Positions 34,630 to 34,720 of a stretch of 34,720 nt of DNA are shown piece after piece. Numbering within the stretch: the first letter of the stretch is position 1; each line of letters starts with the position of its first letter. The DNA is taken from NCBI GenBank assembly GCA_023135855.1, contig JAGLSH010000002.1:1-34720 (forward strand). The letters run 5' to 3'. The notes beneath the pieces were generated by a model that was not told where the DNA came from, made no database searches, and was given only the letters and a program-made list of their open reading frames with translations. A program made the position numbers and the translations under genes. This stretch comes from Candidatus Omnitrophota bacterium (lineage in GTDB: Bacteria; Omnitrophota; Gorgyraeia; Duberdicusellales; 4484-171).

Positions 34630-34720
34630 TATATAGGGGCGCCGGTACCAGAATATAAGAAGCCCATATTGCATAATTGTAGTCTGGGTTTTTTTGTGAT
34701 AGTGTAAACTATTATTCGCA

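Noticed and set aside
1-34720. I checked the whole window for CRISPR arrays, transposases, integrases, prophage genes, restriction-modification genes and known defence genes.
   Set aside because: None was found on either strand. Every ORF over 100 aa that is not a shadow ORF is accounted for by the features listed.

Overview
The window is AT-rich (about one-third G+C by eye) and densely packed. It uses the standard genetic code, since TAA, TAG and TGA all act as stops. It looks like core chromosome from a diderm bacterium, because LptF/LptG are present. Gene content and style fit an uncultivated low-GC lineage, but the taxon cannot be determined from this sequence.

Gene order:
- Plus strand, 1-10599: cysS (3' part), tmk, holB, a PSP1/RicT-like gene, metG, tatD, mtnA, a GNAT-like gene, a cupin, thiL, tsaE, tsaB, a stand-alone four-helix-bundle (23S-IVS/Avd-like) gene, alr.
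- Minus strand, 10600-13475: comF, lptF, lptG.
- Plus strand, 13647-18989: a signalling cluster (PAS-PAS-GAF-GAF histidine kinase, REC-only response regulator, PilZ protein, VanZ-like protein), then an RluA-family pseudouridine synthase, a YbgC-type thioesterase and a DUF192 gene.
- Plus strand, 19104-32221: a 13-kb co-directional arginine plus lysine block, argC-argJ-argB-argD-argF-argG-argH-lysA-dapF-(small exported ORF)-dapA-dapB-(DapL-like aminotransferase).
- Plus strand, 32237-34583: an exported PEBP/YbhB protein, eno, an ftsB-like gene, initiator tRNA-fMet and a clean intrinsic terminator.

I see no CRISPR array, transposase, integrase, prophage or recognisable defence or toxin-antitoxin module, and I cannot honestly name a new multi-gene system here.

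The observations worth follow-up are smaller:
1. The four-helix-bundle gene is bracketed by mutually inverted heptamer arrays that exactly fill the tsaB-alr gap.
2. A C-x11-C-x2-C-x2-C cysteine cluster sits in the second PAS domain of the kinase, which heads a kinase/REC/PilZ module with no obvious output domain.
3. A 10-mer plus -35 box is shared by the kinase and regulator promoters.
4. A GC-rich nested-hairpin element lies between argJ and argB.
5. A related GC-rich twin palindrome is inserted in frame in dapF.
6. An unknown exported small protein is embedded in the dap genes.
7. The initiator tRNA has only two of the three canonical anticodon-stem G:C pairs, and a degenerate copy of its own 5' part lies just upstream.

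All calls come from reading motifs by eye. No database search was run.
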